Shown: positions 13,987 to 25,031, counted from the whole stretch's first letter. The stretch: DNA of 63,381 bases, filler included, from Reclinomonas americana ATCC 50394 (GCA_048213135.1; 19 parts of 19 records of this genome joined end to end with filler, not necessarily neighbours in it), one strand, 5' to 3'. The notes: generated by a model from the sequence alone, not told the origin. A program made the numbers and translations.

Positions 13987-14399
13987 ACGCTGAATGCGGC
14001 CAAGTCGACTCTCTCCGAGATCCTCGCGCGTGCATACGGCAGCGCACAGGATGGCAACGTGTCGGTGGAGGTCGGAGTGCAGGCCGGATTCGCCATGGTG
14101 TTGGCGCTGCTGGAGGGACTGCGACATTCGGTGGTTCCGCAACTGGCGGTGGCTGTGTTGACGGCTCTCGAGGCGCAGCTGGCGGCTGTGCATCCGTTGG
14201 CGTTGGTGGATGATCCGGCGCTGCCTGGTGGCCGTGTGTGGCGCCACGTGATGAGTGACTTGTTGCAGTTTCTGTTGCCGCTGGTGCAGAACGACGCGCA
14301 GGATCCCGTGGCGAAACCGGCATTGGGTGTGCTGGCGCATCTGGCAGTGGTGCGTGGCTCGCTGGTGCACCTGCTGCACTTGGTGCTGTACCTGCTTCG

Positions 14400-14430
<31 letters not shown>

Positions 14431-16811
14431 GGAGCGCCTCCGTCGGCATTGGCACGATTCGCAAACTTGCATCAGGTTGGGGAGGAGGCCTTCACTGTGT
14501 GTAATGACGTGTTGCTCACATGCATGGTTGGAGACGCAGATCACTGCGCCGGCGGAGCGACTCTCGTACCCGGTGTTGGAGAATGTGAGGGGCACGTGGA
14601 AGGTGCCGACTGCCGTGGGCATTGTGTATGAGCGCATTTTGGATTTGGTTGCCGGTGTCGATTGCATTTTTGTCGTCGAGAGCTCGTTGGGACTGGGTTC
14701 GTGTGGTGTTAGTCGCTCCATTGTGTACATGCCTGTGTTTCTCCTCACCGTGTCTCATATGGATACAGTCAAAATCGGGTCGGGTCTTGGGAGCTACGGC
14801 GCCGGCTCTGTGGTGGCCACCAACGCTGCGGTGGGTCGTGGGCACGAGCAAGGCTCTCTCGCTCTGGTCGGTGTGCGACTGTACTACCGATCGCCTTCAC
14901 TACCGAGTGGCGTCTGTCTGCTTGTTCTCGACGCGTCGTCGTTGGAGGTGAGTGGGGCATCGACACTGCGAATCTATTATTCGTTTCTAACTGCGTGGTA
15001 GGTGTTGGGCGAGGTTCGCGCCGACGGCAGCGGATCATTTGCATGTGCCGACAACAGCGCTGCCGGCCTGGTACCAGCCGCTGCGGTTGCGTCGCACCGC
15101 TGCGATCGCACGTTAATGCGCATTGATCAGCGTTCTCACTGGTGTTATGATGCAGGCCACTCCATCACGCATCTTCTCCGACGGGCGCTTCTTGTATGTT
15201 CTCGAGAGTCGCAAGACAGACGGTACGCGTCTTTGTCTCACTCTCTCTCTCTCTCTCTCTTCTCTACGCGTGCGTACGCGCTGACACTGTGCTTTTCCTC
15301 GCACAGCTGATGCGGTCGCGGAGAACGAACCGGTAGCGGCCATTGTTGTTGACGCAGCTGCTCCTGCTGCTGCTTCTCCCGAAGTGGAAGACGGAGGACT
15401 GAATTCGGCGTCTGCATCAAATGACAGAGATGAAGATGGTGGCGGAGTTGCTGACGAGGAACACAGTGTGGATGACATTGATGAGCGTAGTGGCGAAGAT
15501 GGCCCTGAGGATGACGACGAAGATGTGGCTTCGGCATCGCACGCTTCGTCACGATCATCCTCCTCTTCGGGTTCCCATGGCTCCTCCTCGTCCAGTTCCT
15601 CGACGCCGTCATTCGAACGTCGGTCGCGCTCCCCTCGCCGGCGTTCGAGAGTCTCCGAGGTGAGTGGACTTTTTGTGTCTGCGAGCAGTGAGTGTTGGTG
15701 TTACTGAACTGTGGGTGCACAACGCCACGACAGTCGACGGTGCACGCACAGGGCGAGTTTGTCGACGCCGAGCCGATCAAAGACCAGCTTCTCAAGTTTG
15801 ACCCTGAGCAGGGCCTGAAATGCGTCGGAGCCGTCACACTCAGTGGCATGCAGCCAGCCTGTGCGTTCTTTGCGTTGCATGCGGTTCTCTGCTTTCCTCT
15901 GTCAGCAGACTCTTAACTGCGGTGCGCAGTGCGCCCAACGCGAGCCTTTCGATGTGGAGCACTGTTGTGGGATCTCGTCTGCAACACGCCAGTGACCACC
16001 GATGCGCATCACACGATGGAGGGTATGTGCGCGTGTACCTGGCTCGCACGCACGCATGTTACGGGGTGTTGACACTGCGGATTGTTTTTTGTCTTGCCAG
16101 CCTGGATCAAAATGTCTCCAGTGCTGGCGGCAACGCGTGGCTTCCATTACTGGATTCTGTCACGCGGCAACGACCAAGACATGCAGATTGGAATTTCGGA
16201 CGGTCGCTACTTTGTGCGCACGGAGGAGCTGTATGCGACGTACCTGGTACCGCCGGGCGACTTCACTCGGTGGGTCCATCTGGCGGCCACCTACGAGAGC
16301 GGTGGACTGCGTCTGTACCGCAACGGCCGCCTGGTGGCTTCACAAGTTGGACCAGAGCCTCCGCGCTCCACTGCCGCCATGTTCATCGGTGGTCACGATT
16401 CTTTTGACTTTTGTGGCCTGTTGTGCGAGGTGAGTTGCCGACGATGACTCTTCTCTCACTCGATCATTTGGTGGAGATGTTGATGTAATGATGGCGCAGG
16501 TTCGTGTGTGGACCTGTGCCCGCACAAGTGCGCAGATTGCGCGCGACTATCGACGACCACTTACCGGCAAGCACGACAACCTCGTCATGTTGCGAAGATG
16601 TGCTTTTGATTGGCTGGCATGCCCGTTCACTCACTTGGGCGGGTGACACACAGCCACGCTCCACTGCGAGAGGGTTGCGGGTGTCATATTTATAATTCGG
16701 TCACGGGTGGCGTGCTGGCCTCGTTCGAAACCGACGACATGTGGGTGGCCAGCGATTTCCCACTGTCCTACACGGATGCCGACGACGCCAGCTGCGTACT
16801 GCCGATCATGG
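13987..16811 (+). CDS. Fragment of a very large HECTD4/HERC/MYCBP2-like protein with a LamG/ConA-like jelly-roll domain (multi-exon, truncated both ends)
   Basis: ALGVLAHLAVVRGSLVHLLHLV resembles the LAxxRGSL motif of HERC1/HERC2/HECTD4. KIGSGLGS..LYYRS..LVLDASSLEV resembles HECTD4/MYCBP2 N-terminal blocks. TMEAWIK..WVHLAATYESGGLRLYRNG..FIGG..FCGLLCEVRVW is a Laminin_G_3 pattern. No HECT domain is visible in the window. Confidence 0.6.
14401..14427 (+). repeat. (CAG)9 encoding a poly-Q tract
   Basis: Nine perfect CAG units in frame within an exon. Confidence 0.9.
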
Positions 16812-16913
16812 NNNNNNNNNNNNNNNNNNNNNNNNNNNNNNNNNNNNNNNNNNNNTTAATTAATTAANNNNNNNNNNNNNNNNNNNNNNNNNNNNNNNNN
16901 NNNNNNNNNNNCG

Positions 16914-18470
16914 ATCCGGAACGATCCGCAGAACAGCGAGCTGCTCGAGCGCGGCTTCGTCGCCTTCCTCGCCGACGGCGCGATGAACGAGACCTTCCGC
17001 GCCGCAGAGAAGCTGATCCAGCGCGATGCCACCAACGGCCTCGCCCAGCTCGCGCTTGGCGTGCGCGCGCTCAAGCAGAAGAACTATGCCGCGGCGCGCA
17101 CCCAGTTGCAGCGCGGCGGCCGCGGCCGTTCCGCCGACATTACCGCGACCCTGCTCGCTGCCTGGGCCTATTCCGGCTCCGGCGAGACCAATCGCGCCAT
17201 CGATACGCTGGAGCGCCTCAAGGGCGAATCGACCTTCGACCGTTTCCGCGATTTCCATGCCGGGCTGATCCTCGACATCGCTGGGCGCCGCAACGAGGCG
17301 AACCGCCGGCTCAAGGCGGCCTATGACGCCGAGAAGACCAATCTGCGCCTGGTCGATCTCTGGGCCCGCCAGCAGGCGCGCACCGGCGACAGCGAAGCGG
17401 CGCTGGCGACGCTGAACGATTTCGAGCGCAACGTCCGCCCGAACCATCCGGTGGTGCGTGACGCCATCGCCAAGATCGGCAGCAAGGAACCGCTGCAGCG
17501 CATCGTCGGCAACACCCAGCAGGGCGCCGCCGAAGTGCTCTACGGCCTCGCCAGCGCCGGCATTCTTCAGGGCGACGAGGCGACCGCGCTGCTCTATCTG
17601 CGCTTCGCCGTCTATCTCGACCCCGGCCACGACCTCGCCGTGCTGACACTGGCCGACATCCTGGAGCGCGCCAAGCAGACCGAGGACGCCGTCCAGGTCT
17701 ATCGCCGCATGCCGGAGAACTCGCCGCTGCGCCCGGTCGCCGACATCCAGATCGGGCTCGGCCTCGAACAGCTCGGCAAGACCGAGGAAGCGGTCAAGCA
17801 TCTTGAGGGCATCATCGCGGCTCGGCCCGACGACATCGATGCCACCTCGGCGCTCGGCAACATCTATCGCTCGCGCAAGCGCTTCGAAGAGGCAGCCGCG
17901 ACCTATGACAAGGCGGTCGCCAAGCTCGGCACGCCCAGCCGCGCCAACTGGGACCTGTTCTATTCGCGCGGCATCGCCTATGAGCGCATCAAGAAATGGC
18001 CGCAGGCCGAGGCCGACCTGCGCAAGGCTCTCGAGCTGATGCCCGAGGCGCTCGGCCGCGAGCGCGCTCTGGTGCTCAACTATCTCGGCTATTCGCTGGT
18101 CGACCAGAACCTCAAGCTCGAAGAGGCGCTCGGCATGCTGCGCCGCGCCGTCGAGCTGCGCCCGCGTGACGGCTACATCATCGACTCGCTCGGCTGGGCG
18201 CATTACCGCCTCGGCCGCTATGACGAGGCGGTGACGGAGCTCGAGAAGGCGATGGAGCTGCGCCCGTCCGACCCGGTGATCAACGACCATCTCGGCGACG
18301 TCTACTGGAAGACCGGGCGCTATCTCGAAGCGCGCTATCAGTGGAATTACGCCCGCGATCTCGGGCCGGAGCCCGAGGACCTGACCCGGATCCAGCGCAA
18401 GATCGACAAGGGCCTGGAAGACCCGGCGCCCTCGGCCAGTGCGGCCGAGCCGAAGAAGGATGGCGGCTGA
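16914..18470 (+). CDS. Tetratricopeptide repeat protein (5'-truncated)
   Basis: Long ORF with TPR motifs (LNYLGYSLVD..YIIDSLGWAHYRLGRY..INDHLGDVYWKTGR), in the conserved position upstream of ispE. The frame is open to the contig edge. Confidence 0.9.
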   Translation: MRNDPQNSELLERGFVAFLADGAMNETFRAAEKLIQRDATNGLAQLALGVRALKQKNYAAARTQLQRGGRGRSADITATLLAAWAYSGSGETNRAIDTLERLKGESTFDRFRDFHAGLILDIAGRRNEANRRLKAAYDAEKTNLRLVDLWARQQARTGDSEAALATLNDFERNVRPNHPVVRDAIAKIGSKEPLQRIVGNTQQGAAEVLYGLASAGILQGDEATALLYLRFAVYLDPGHDLAVLTLADILERAKQTEDAVQVYRRMPENSPLRPVADIQIGLGLEQLGKTEEAVKHLEGIIAARPDDIDATSALGNIYRSRKRFEEAAATYDKAVAKLGTPSRANWDLFYSRGIAYERIKKWPQAEADLRKALELMPEALGRERALVLNYLGYSLVDQNLKLEEALGMLRRAVELRPRDGYIIDSLGWAHYRLGRYDEAVTELEKAMELRPSDPVINDHLGDVYWKTGRYLEARYQWNYARDLGPEPEDLTRIQRKIDKGLEDPAPSASAAEPKKDGG

Positions 18471-18473
18471 TCC

Positions 18474-18792
18474 TTGCCCGCCAGATTGGCGACGCGCGCC
18501 CCGGCCAAGGTCAATCTCTCCTTGCGTGTGATCGGCCGCCGCGCCGATGGCTATCATGAGATCGACAGCTTCGTCGCCTTCGCCGGCGTCGGCGACGAGC
18601 TCAGCCTGACGCCGGGGGAAGCCGGTGAGCTGCAGATCTCCGGTCCCTTTGCCGCCGGCCTCTCGACCGGCCCGGACAATCTCGTCCTAAAGGCCGAGCG
18701 CATCCTGCGCGAGGAGATCGCCGGGCTGCGCTCCGGCCGGTTCCATCTCGTCAAGCGCCTGCCGATCGCCTCGGGCATCGGCGGCGGCTCGG
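18474..18792 (+). CDS. ispE: 4-diphosphocytidyl-2-C-methyl-D-erythritol kinase (3'-truncated)
   Basis: APAKVNLSLRVIGRRADGYHEIDS and the GHMP kinase motif KRLPIASGIGGGS. Confidence 0.95.
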
Positions 18793-18892
18793 NNNNNNNN
18801 NNNNNNNNNNNNNNNNNNNNNNNNNNNNNNNNNNNNTTAATTAATTAANNNNNNNNNNNNNNNNNNNNNNNNNNNNNNNNNNNNNNNNNNNN

Positions 18893-19265
18893 GATAGGCG
18901 TCGATCGCATGCCAGGTGCCGCGATGGAACAGCACGCCTTCGCCGTCGAGCCGGAAGGCGTGCAGCGACTCGGGGGCCGGCGGCGTGTCGGAGGATTCGG
19001 CGACGACGATGATCGCGGGCGAACCGCTGAGCGGCTGGCGCGCCTCGGTGACGTGGAGATGCCGTTCGATCAGGGCGACGACGAACGGACGTGCATGGTA
19101 GCGCACGATCTGCAGCCGCGGCCGGCTTTCGGCGGCAAAGGGCTGGATCCAGATGTCGTAACCCTCGCGGCCGGTGTCGCGCGCTCCCGAGGGAGACAGG
19201 ACGCGGCCATAGGGAGCAAAGGCCTCGACGGTGAGCGGGGAGACAGGCAGGGTGATGCGATGCAT
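18893..19265 (-). CDS. Ureidoglycolate lyase-like cupin (3'-truncated)
   Basis: PLTVEAFAPYGRV, IERHLHVTEA and GVLFHRGTWH motifs. Confidence 0.75.
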
Positions 19266-19289
19266 GCTGCATCGTAGAGCGGGCGGCGC

Positions 19290-19320
19290 AAAAGAAAACG
19301 GCGGGCGCGAGGCCCGCCGT
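19290..19320 (-). terminator. Intrinsic terminator after tctC
   Basis: Stem ACGGCGGGC/GCCCGCCGT followed on the minus strand by TTTTCTTTT. Confidence 0.75.
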
Positions 19321-19343
19321 CCATGGGTGCATGCGCCTGGCGC

Positions 19344-20315
19344 TCACTGCTTCGGCGCAGCCGACAGAACCGGCGAAAGCTTGTCGGCGTCGCGCTTGAT
19401 CAGGGCGGCGAAGCCGGCCGGGGTGCGCTCTTCCTTGGTCGGCAGCACGGTACCGAGATCGAGCAGGCGCTTCTTGACGGTCTCGTCGTTCAGCGCCTTG
19501 TCGAGCGCGTCGACCAGCTTGTCGACGGCCTCCTTCGGCAGGCCCTTCGGCGCGGCGATGCCGTTCCAGGCCTCGATCTGGTACTCGGGCAGCCCGGCTT
19601 CCTTGGTCGTCGGGACATCGGGCAGGGCCGGCGAGCGCGCCGCCGAGGCGACGGCATAGGCCTTGATCGTGCCGGCCTTGATCTGCTCGGCGACGCTGAC
19701 GATCTGGTCGCACATGAAATCGACCTGGCCGGAGACGAGGTCGTTCAGGGCCGGGCCGGTGCCGCGATAGGCGACCGAGTTCAGCTTCGGCACGCCGAGC
19801 TGGCCCTTGAGCAGGGTGCAGGTCGTCCACGACACCGAGCCGACGCCGGCATGGGCCTCGTTCACCTTGTCGGCGTTCGCCTTCACATAGGTAACGAACT
19901 CCTTGAGGTCCTTCGGCGCGAAGGCCTTCTTGGCGACGATCAGGATCGGCGTGCCGCCGGCGAGGCCGATCGTCGTCATGCCGTTGATCGGGTCGTATTT
20001 CAGGCCGGGATAGGTGGCCGGCGCCGCCGAGAAGGTTCCCAGGTGCCCCATCGCAATGGTGTAGCCATCCGGCGCTGCGGTTACCGCGCGGGTGATGCCG
20101 GTGGTGCCACCGGCGCCGGCGACGTTCTCGACGACGATCTGCTGGCCGAGCGTCTTCGACATGTTCTCGCTGACGATGCGGGCGATGATGTCGGTCGGGC
20201 CGCCGGCGGCGAAGGGCACGATCATGGTGATCGGCCGCTCCGGATATTTGGACTGGGCCTGTGCCGGCAGCGCCAAGGCGAGCGCTGCGGCAAGACTGAG
20301 GGCTAGCTTCTTCAT
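19344..20315 (-). CDS. tctC: Tripartite tricarboxylate transporter substrate-binding protein (Bug/TctC)
   Basis: Signal peptide, YPERPITMIVPFAAGGPTDIIAR, ENVAGAGG, YRGTGPALNDL. Confidence 0.93.
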   Translation of the reverse strand: MKKLALSLAAALALALPAQAQSKYPERPITMIVPFAAGGPTDIIARIVSENMSKTLGQQIVVENVAGAGGTTGITRAVTAAPDGYTIAMGHLGTFSAAPATYPGLKYDPINGMTTIGLAGGTPILIVAKKAFAPKDLKEFVTYVKANADKVNEAHAGVGSVSWTTCTLLKGQLGVPKLNSVAYRGTGPALNDLVSGQVDFMCDQIVSVAEQIKAGTIKAYAVASAARSPALPDVPTTKEAGLPEYQIEAWNGIAAPKGLPKEAVDKLVDALDKALNDETVKKRLLDLGTVLPTKEERTPAGFAALIKRDADKLSPVLSAAPKQ

Positions 20316-20376
20316 GGATAATCCTCCCTGACGCGATAATCTGAAGATGGTGGAACGGGGCTGGGCGGCAACCCCG

Positions 20377-21879
20377 TCATTCGGTGAAGACCTCCTCGCG
20401 CTTCTTCGACATCGATGGCAGCAGCGCGATGACGAGAATGGCGACGGCGACCAGCAGCAGTCCGGCCGAGATCGGCCGCTCGATGAAGGTCATGAACGAG
20501 CCGCGCGAGATGATCAGCGCCTGGCGCAGCTTCTCCTCCATCAGCTTGCCGAGCACGAAGCCGAGCAGCATCGGAGCCGGCTCAAAGCCGAGCTTGATCA
20601 GGAGATAGCCGAACAGACCGAACAGCGCGGTGAAGGCGACGTCGACAGGCTGATTGTTCACCGAGTAGATGCCGATCGAGCAGAAGATCAGGATCGCCGG
20701 GAACATCAGGCGGTAAGGCACCTGCAGCAGCTTCACCCAGACGCCGACCAGCGGCAGGTTGATGATCAGCAGCATCAGGTTGCCTATCCACATCGACGCG
20801 ATCATGCCCCAGAACAGGTCGGGGTTCTTGGTCATGACCTGCGGGCCGGGGATGATGCCGTGGATCGTCATCGCGCCGACCATCAGCGCCATCACTGCAT
20901 TCGGCGGGATGCCGAGGGTGAGCAGCGGGATGAAGGCGGTCTGCGCGCCGGCGTTGTTGGCCGATTCCGGACCCGCCACGCCCTCGATCGCGCCCCTGCC
21001 GAAGCGCGAGGGGTCCTTGGCGAGCTTCTTCTCGATCGTATAGCTGGCGAAGGGGCCGAGCACGGCGCCGTTGCCGGGCAGGATGCCGAGCGTGCCCCCG
21101 ATGAAGGTGCCGCGCAGGCACGGCGCTATGGACTGCTTGATGTCCTCCCAACTCGGCAGCAGGCGGCCGATCTTGGTACGAACGACATCGCGCGTCTCCG
21201 GGTTCTCCAGATTGCGCAGCACCTCGGCGAAGCCGAACACGCCCATCGCCAGCACGGCGAAGTCGATGCCGTCGGAGAGCGGCGGGAAGCCGAAGGTCAT
21301 GCGCTCCTGGCCGGTCTCGAGGTCGGTGCCGACGGTCGAGAGCAGGAGGCCGAGCATGATCATGCAGAAGGCCTTGAGGATCGAGCCACGCGCCAGCACG
21401 ACGGCAAAGCACAGGCCCATCACCATCAGCGAGAAGTACTCGGCCGGACCGAACAGCAGCGCCAGCTTGGTCAGCGGCGCGCCGAGCGCGGCGATGATCA
21501 GGGTCGCGAAGCAGCCGGCGACGAAGGAGCCGATCGCAGCGGTGCCGAGCGCCACGCCGGCGCGGCCCTGCTTGGCCATCTGGTGGCCGTCGAGCGTGGT
21601 GACGACGGCGGTCGCCTCGCCGGGGATGTTGACCAGGATCGCGGTGGTCGAGCCGCCATATTGGGCACCGTAATAGATGCCCGCCAGCATGATCAGCGCG
21701 CCGACGGGATCGAGCCCGAAGGTGATCGGCAGCAGCATGGCGATGGTGGCGATCGGGCCGACGCCGGGCAGCACGCCGATCAGCGTGCCGACCAGGCAGC
21801 CGGTGAAGCAGAGCGCGATGTTCTTCAGCGTCAACGCGACGCCGAAGCCGAGCGAGAGATTCGCGAACATCTCGGTCAT
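20377..21879 (-). CDS. tctA: Tripartite tricarboxylate transporter large permease TctA
   Basis: GTLIGVLPGVG, GIYYGAQYGGSTTAILVNIPG, GPESANNA, PLLTLGIP; 500 aa and hydrophobic. Confidence 0.95.
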   Translation of the reverse strand: MTEMFANLSLGFGVALTLKNIALCFTGCLVGTLIGVLPGVGPIATIAMLLPITFGLDPVGALIMLAGIYYGAQYGGSTTAILVNIPGEATAVVTTLDGHQMAKQGRAGVALGTAAIGSFVAGCFATLIIAALGAPLTKLALLFGPAEYFSLMVMGLCFAVVLARGSILKAFCMIMLGLLLSTVGTDLETGQERMTFGFPPLSDGIDFAVLAMGVFGFAEVLRNLENPETRDVVRTKIGRLLPSWEDIKQSIAPCLRGTFIGGTLGILPGNGAVLGPFASYTIEKKLAKDPSRFGRGAIEGVAGPESANNAGAQTAFIPLLTLGIPPNAVMALMVGAMTIHGIIPGPQVMTKNPDLFWGMIASMWIGNLMLLIINLPLVGVWVKLLQVPYRLMFPAILIFCSIGIYSVNNQPVDVAFTALFGLFGYLLIKLGFEPAPMLLGFVLGKLMEEKLRQALIISRGSFMTFIERPISAGLLLVAVAILVIALLPSMSKKREEVFTE

Positions 21880-21882
21880 GGC

Positions 21883-22401
21883 TCAGATCCCCAGCAGCCA
21901 GGGCGCCAGCGGGATCGGCAGACCCAGCGCGTATTTGAACAGGAGGGCGCAGCCGGTCGTCATCGCAATGGCGAAGATCACCAGCTCCTTGAGCCTGACA
22001 TCCTCGGCCGCGAGGCCGGAGATGAGCACCACGAGCGGGCCGGAAACAAGCATGCCGAGCTGCGGCACCTTCAGCGGGCCGATCTCAAAGCCACGAATGG
22101 TCAGCCCGAAGACGACCGCAGCGCCGAGGACGAAGAGGACCCCGCGCCAGGACCAGCCGGCGAGCTTCTCGCCATGATAGCGCAGCGAGTTGAAGGCGAG
22201 CAGCGCACCGAGCCCGGCACAGATCCAGGCGAACGCCTTGGGCAGCATGCCTGGGCCGATCTGGCGCAGCGTCCCGGTCGCGAGGTCGCGGGACAGGAAC
22301 AGCGCCAGCCCGGCCAGTGCGATCATGAACAGGCCGGCGGCCAGATCCTGCGTCGAACGGATGCGCCAACCTCGCGCCGCCTCGATCTTGTTCAGACTCA
22401 T
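21883..22401 (-). CDS. tctB: Tripartite tricarboxylate transporter small permease TctB
   Basis: Hydrophobic ~172 aa protein with IGPGMLP, directly upstream of tctA. Confidence 0.88.
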   Translation of the reverse strand: MSLNKIEAARGWRIRSTQDLAAGLFMIALAGLALFLSRDLATGTLRQIGPGMLPKAFAWICAGLGALLAFNSLRYHGEKLAGWSWRGVLFVLGAAVVFGLTIRGFEIGPLKVPQLGMLVSGPLVVLISGLAAEDVRLKELVIFAIAMTTGCALLFKYALGLPIPLAPWLLGI

Positions 22402-22459
22402 CAATGTCCTCCGGCTCGGATGGTTGCTGTGCGCGTGGCAGGCTTTCTGCCGCGCCCGG

Positions 22460-22521
22460 TTAGCTGAACGGCAGGACGTTGCCGTCGTCGATCAGGGTGA
22501 CGCTCTCGCGCAGGATGGCGA
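22460..22521 (-). CDS. C-terminal stub of an unidentified gene upstream of tctB
   Basis: AILRESVTLIDDGNVLPFS-stop with bacterial codon bias, running off the contig. Confidence 0.45.
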
Positions 22522-22621
22522 NNNNNNNNNNNNNNNNNNNNNNNNNNNNNNNNNNNNNNNNNNNNTTAATTAATTAANNNNNNNNNNNNNNNNNNNNNNN
22601 NNNNNNNNNNNNNNNNNNNNN

Positions 22622-23809
22622 TTCCTGATCGAGCGCGTCACGTTCGATCAGCTTGCTGCGCAGCGTGTCCAGCGCCTTGAACAGGCTGCGGACTTCACCG
22701 CGCACCCGTGGAACGACATATGGCTGTCCGGTCCTGCCCGCTGCCAGGGCCATGACGGCGTCGCGGGCCGAAAGCAACGGAGCGAACAGCAATGTCTGGC
22801 TGGCGGCCACGAGGACGAGTTCGAGCAGCAGGGCGATCAGGGTGACGGCGCTGATGACGACCAGGAGCTGGCGCGCATTCTCGCCGTCGGCCTTCGTCCG
22901 CGCCATGGCGGAATCGAGATGCATGTCGCGCAGCCGTTCCAGCGAGGCGAAGGTCGGCACGATCTGGTTGGTGAAGCTGATCGTGTCGAATGCGTAATTG
23001 CCGTCGCGGCCGGTGGCGAGGACGTCGCGATAGATTGCCATGCCCCGGCCGAAGAAATCCTCGTTCACGGCGCGCCGCATCGCCGCGATCTGCCGATCCG
23101 AGTTCTCGCCGCTCTGCTGCTCGACCAGCTGCCAGAAGCCGAGCACGCGGCCGTAGGCGATGTCATGCGCGGTGCGCTGCTCTGCGGTGATCGGCAGGCG
23201 CGCGGCGATCGAGGGGACGATGTTGGAGCCCATGCGGCCGACCTGCTCGCGAATGTCGCTGAGCATCCGGGCGATCAGGGCGGTGCCGACGAGGTGATCC
23301 GACGCGGCCGTGTTGAAGCCGCCGATCGCGGCATCGACCAGCGCCTGGGCCGTATCGACGACGGCGAACATCGCCTGGACGACCTCGCGGAAGTCCTGCG
23401 GCCTGCGGGCGTGCAGGGGCTGGCGATCAAGTATGTCTGCCAGTTGGCGGGCATGTGCCAGCGATCGCCTCGTCTCGGCCAGCTGCTGCGAAAAGCCGGG
23501 GATCGGGGAGAGGCGGTCCAGCGCCGCGTCGGTGTTGGCGCGGAAGCTGACGAGGCGCTTGCGCGAGGGGCTGTCGCTGCCCGGCTCCTCGCCGAGCACG
23601 CTGTTGAGCGGGCCGCGCTCGGCCGAGAGATGGTTCACGGCGCGCATCACCAGCTGGAAATGCGCGAGCCGCGTTTCGCTGAGGCGGGTGGCCCGGAGCT
23701 CTCGGTAATAGGTCGTGATCAGGATCGCGCCGAGAACCACGGAGCAGCCGAGGATGACCGCAAGGGCCGCCCAGAACCGGTAGCTCAGACTATGGCGCTT
23801 CGACATCAT
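22622..23809 (-). CDS. Membrane sensor protein (TM, helical periplasmic domain, TM, HAMP-like); output domain lost at contig end, possibly diguanylate cyclase or chemoreceptor
   Basis: Two hydrophobic segments flank a helical domain with SAERG, followed by APLLSARDAVMALAAG..GEVRSLFKALDTLR (HAMP-like). Confidence 0.7.
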
Positions 23810-23990
23810 GTGACCGGCACGAGGTTCGACGCCCGCCTCGCGAGTATCGCGACGCCGTCGAGCCGGAGGACGCATCGTGTCCGCCCGGCTNNNNNNNNNN
23901 NNNNNNNNNNNNNNNNNNNNNNNNNNNNNNNNNNTTAATTAATTAANNNNNNNNNNNNNNNNNNNNNNNNNNNNNNNNNNNNNNNNNNNN

Positions 23991-24092
23991 TTGGCGACCG
24001 GCCCTTACCCTGCGAGCACCATGGTCGGCGTCACCGCCCTCGTCGATCCGCGTCTCCTGATCGAGATCGAGGCGATCGCCGCGCTGGACTGA
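23991..24092 (+). CDS. RidA/YjgF family protein, C-terminal fragment
   Basis: PYPASTMVGVTALVDPRLLIEIEAIA-stop; not in the ORF track. Confidence 0.85.
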   Translation: MATGPYPASTMVGVTALVDPRLLIEIEAIAALD

Positions 24093-24227
24093 GGCGCGCC
24101 CGCAGGACTTGCGGCCAGGCACGCCGCTCGCCATATCTCAATCGCGCGGTTGGTTCGCCTTTCGCGTGCGGGGTGCTGCGCAAGCGGGCTCCGATAGTTC
24201 CAGAGGCGCCTTTCAAAGGGCTTCGTG

Positions 24228-24656
24228 ATGACGCGTCCGCCTAGCCTGTCGCATCCCTTCCTGCTCGGCTTCGACGATATCGAGCGGGCACTCGACCGTG
24301 TCGCCAAAGGCGCCGGCGATGGCTATCCGCCCTACAATATCGAGCGCATGCCGCGCACCGAGGACGAGCCCGACAAGCTCAGGATCACGCTCGCGGTGGC
24401 CGGGTTCTCGCGCGACCAGCTCGAGATCACGCTGGAGGAAAACCAGCTGACCATTCGCGGCCGGCAGGTCGACGACAAGACGCGGCACTTCCTGCATCGT
24501 GGCATCGCCGCGCGGCAGTTCCAGCGCTCCTTCCTGCTCGCCGACGGCATGCAGGTCCTGGGGGCTGATCTCTCGAACGGGCTGCTCGCCATCGATCTGG
24601 CCCGTCCGGAACCGGAACGGCTCATCCGGCGTATCGATATCATGAGCCGCGACTAG
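24228..24656 (+). CDS. Small heat-shock protein (Hsp20/IbpA family)
   Basis: GYPPYNIE, ITLAVAGF, FLHRGIAARQFQRSF, ADLSNGLLAIDL. Confidence 0.93.
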   Translation: MTRPPSLSHPFLLGFDDIERALDRVAKGAGDGYPPYNIERMPRTEDEPDKLRITLAVAGFSRDQLEITLEENQLTIRGRQVDDKTRHFLHRGIAARQFQRSFLLADGMQVLGADLSNGLLAIDLARPEPERLIRRIDIMSRD

Positions 24657-24766
24657 GCCCCTGAGGGCTACAGTAGATCGGTACGGGAAAGGCATGCGGT
24701 TTGCCTTCCGTTCATGATCACGGATGCACAATCAAACCGCCTCGCACTGCTCTGAAGGAGGGCGCG

Positions 24767-25021
24767 ATGACTGAGACCAGAAACAACCCTCTGACCACGG
24801 CCGAATTCGCCGCTCTCGGCAACGGCCAGGTCGCTTATCTCAAGCCGATCATGTCGGATGAGTTGGCCCGCATCTTTCCGCAGGCGCCGGAGATCGAGCC
24901 AGGCCTGCAGCTTTTCGCGCTGCTGGCAGCCGATGGCGCACCGATCCTGGTGACCGATTCCCGCGAGGCCGCAACGGCCAACGCCTGGGAGCACGATCTC
25001 CGGATGGTGAGCCTGCACTGA
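24767..25021 (+). CDS. DUF1150 family protein
   Basis: FAALGNGQVAYLKP..LFALLAADGAPILVTDSREAA..MVSLH; RBS AAGGAGG; typical partner of hsp20. Confidence 0.85.
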   Translation: MTETRNNPLTTAEFAALGNGQVAYLKPIMSDELARIFPQAPEIEPGLQLFALLAADGAPILVTDSREAATANAWEHDLRMVSLH

Positions 25022-25031
25022 TCCAACCTGT

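Noticed and set aside
15843..15850. Possible GC donor in the HECTD4-like gene
   Set aside because: A GT three bases upstream gives the same phase; cannot be resolved without cDNA.
16812..16911. Bacterium-to-eukaryote horizontal transfer at the junctions
   Set aside because: Both transitions coincide with artificial linkers, and the bacterial genes are cut mid-ORF.
16860..18557. Long antisense ORFs over bacterial genes (also 20347-22467, 32582-34375, 36352-37485)
   Set aside because: Shadow frames caused by high GC3 opposite well-supported genes.
24093..24227. ROSE RNA thermometer before hsp20
   Set aside because: No clear U(U/C)GCU motif paired with a Shine-Dalgarno sequence was found.
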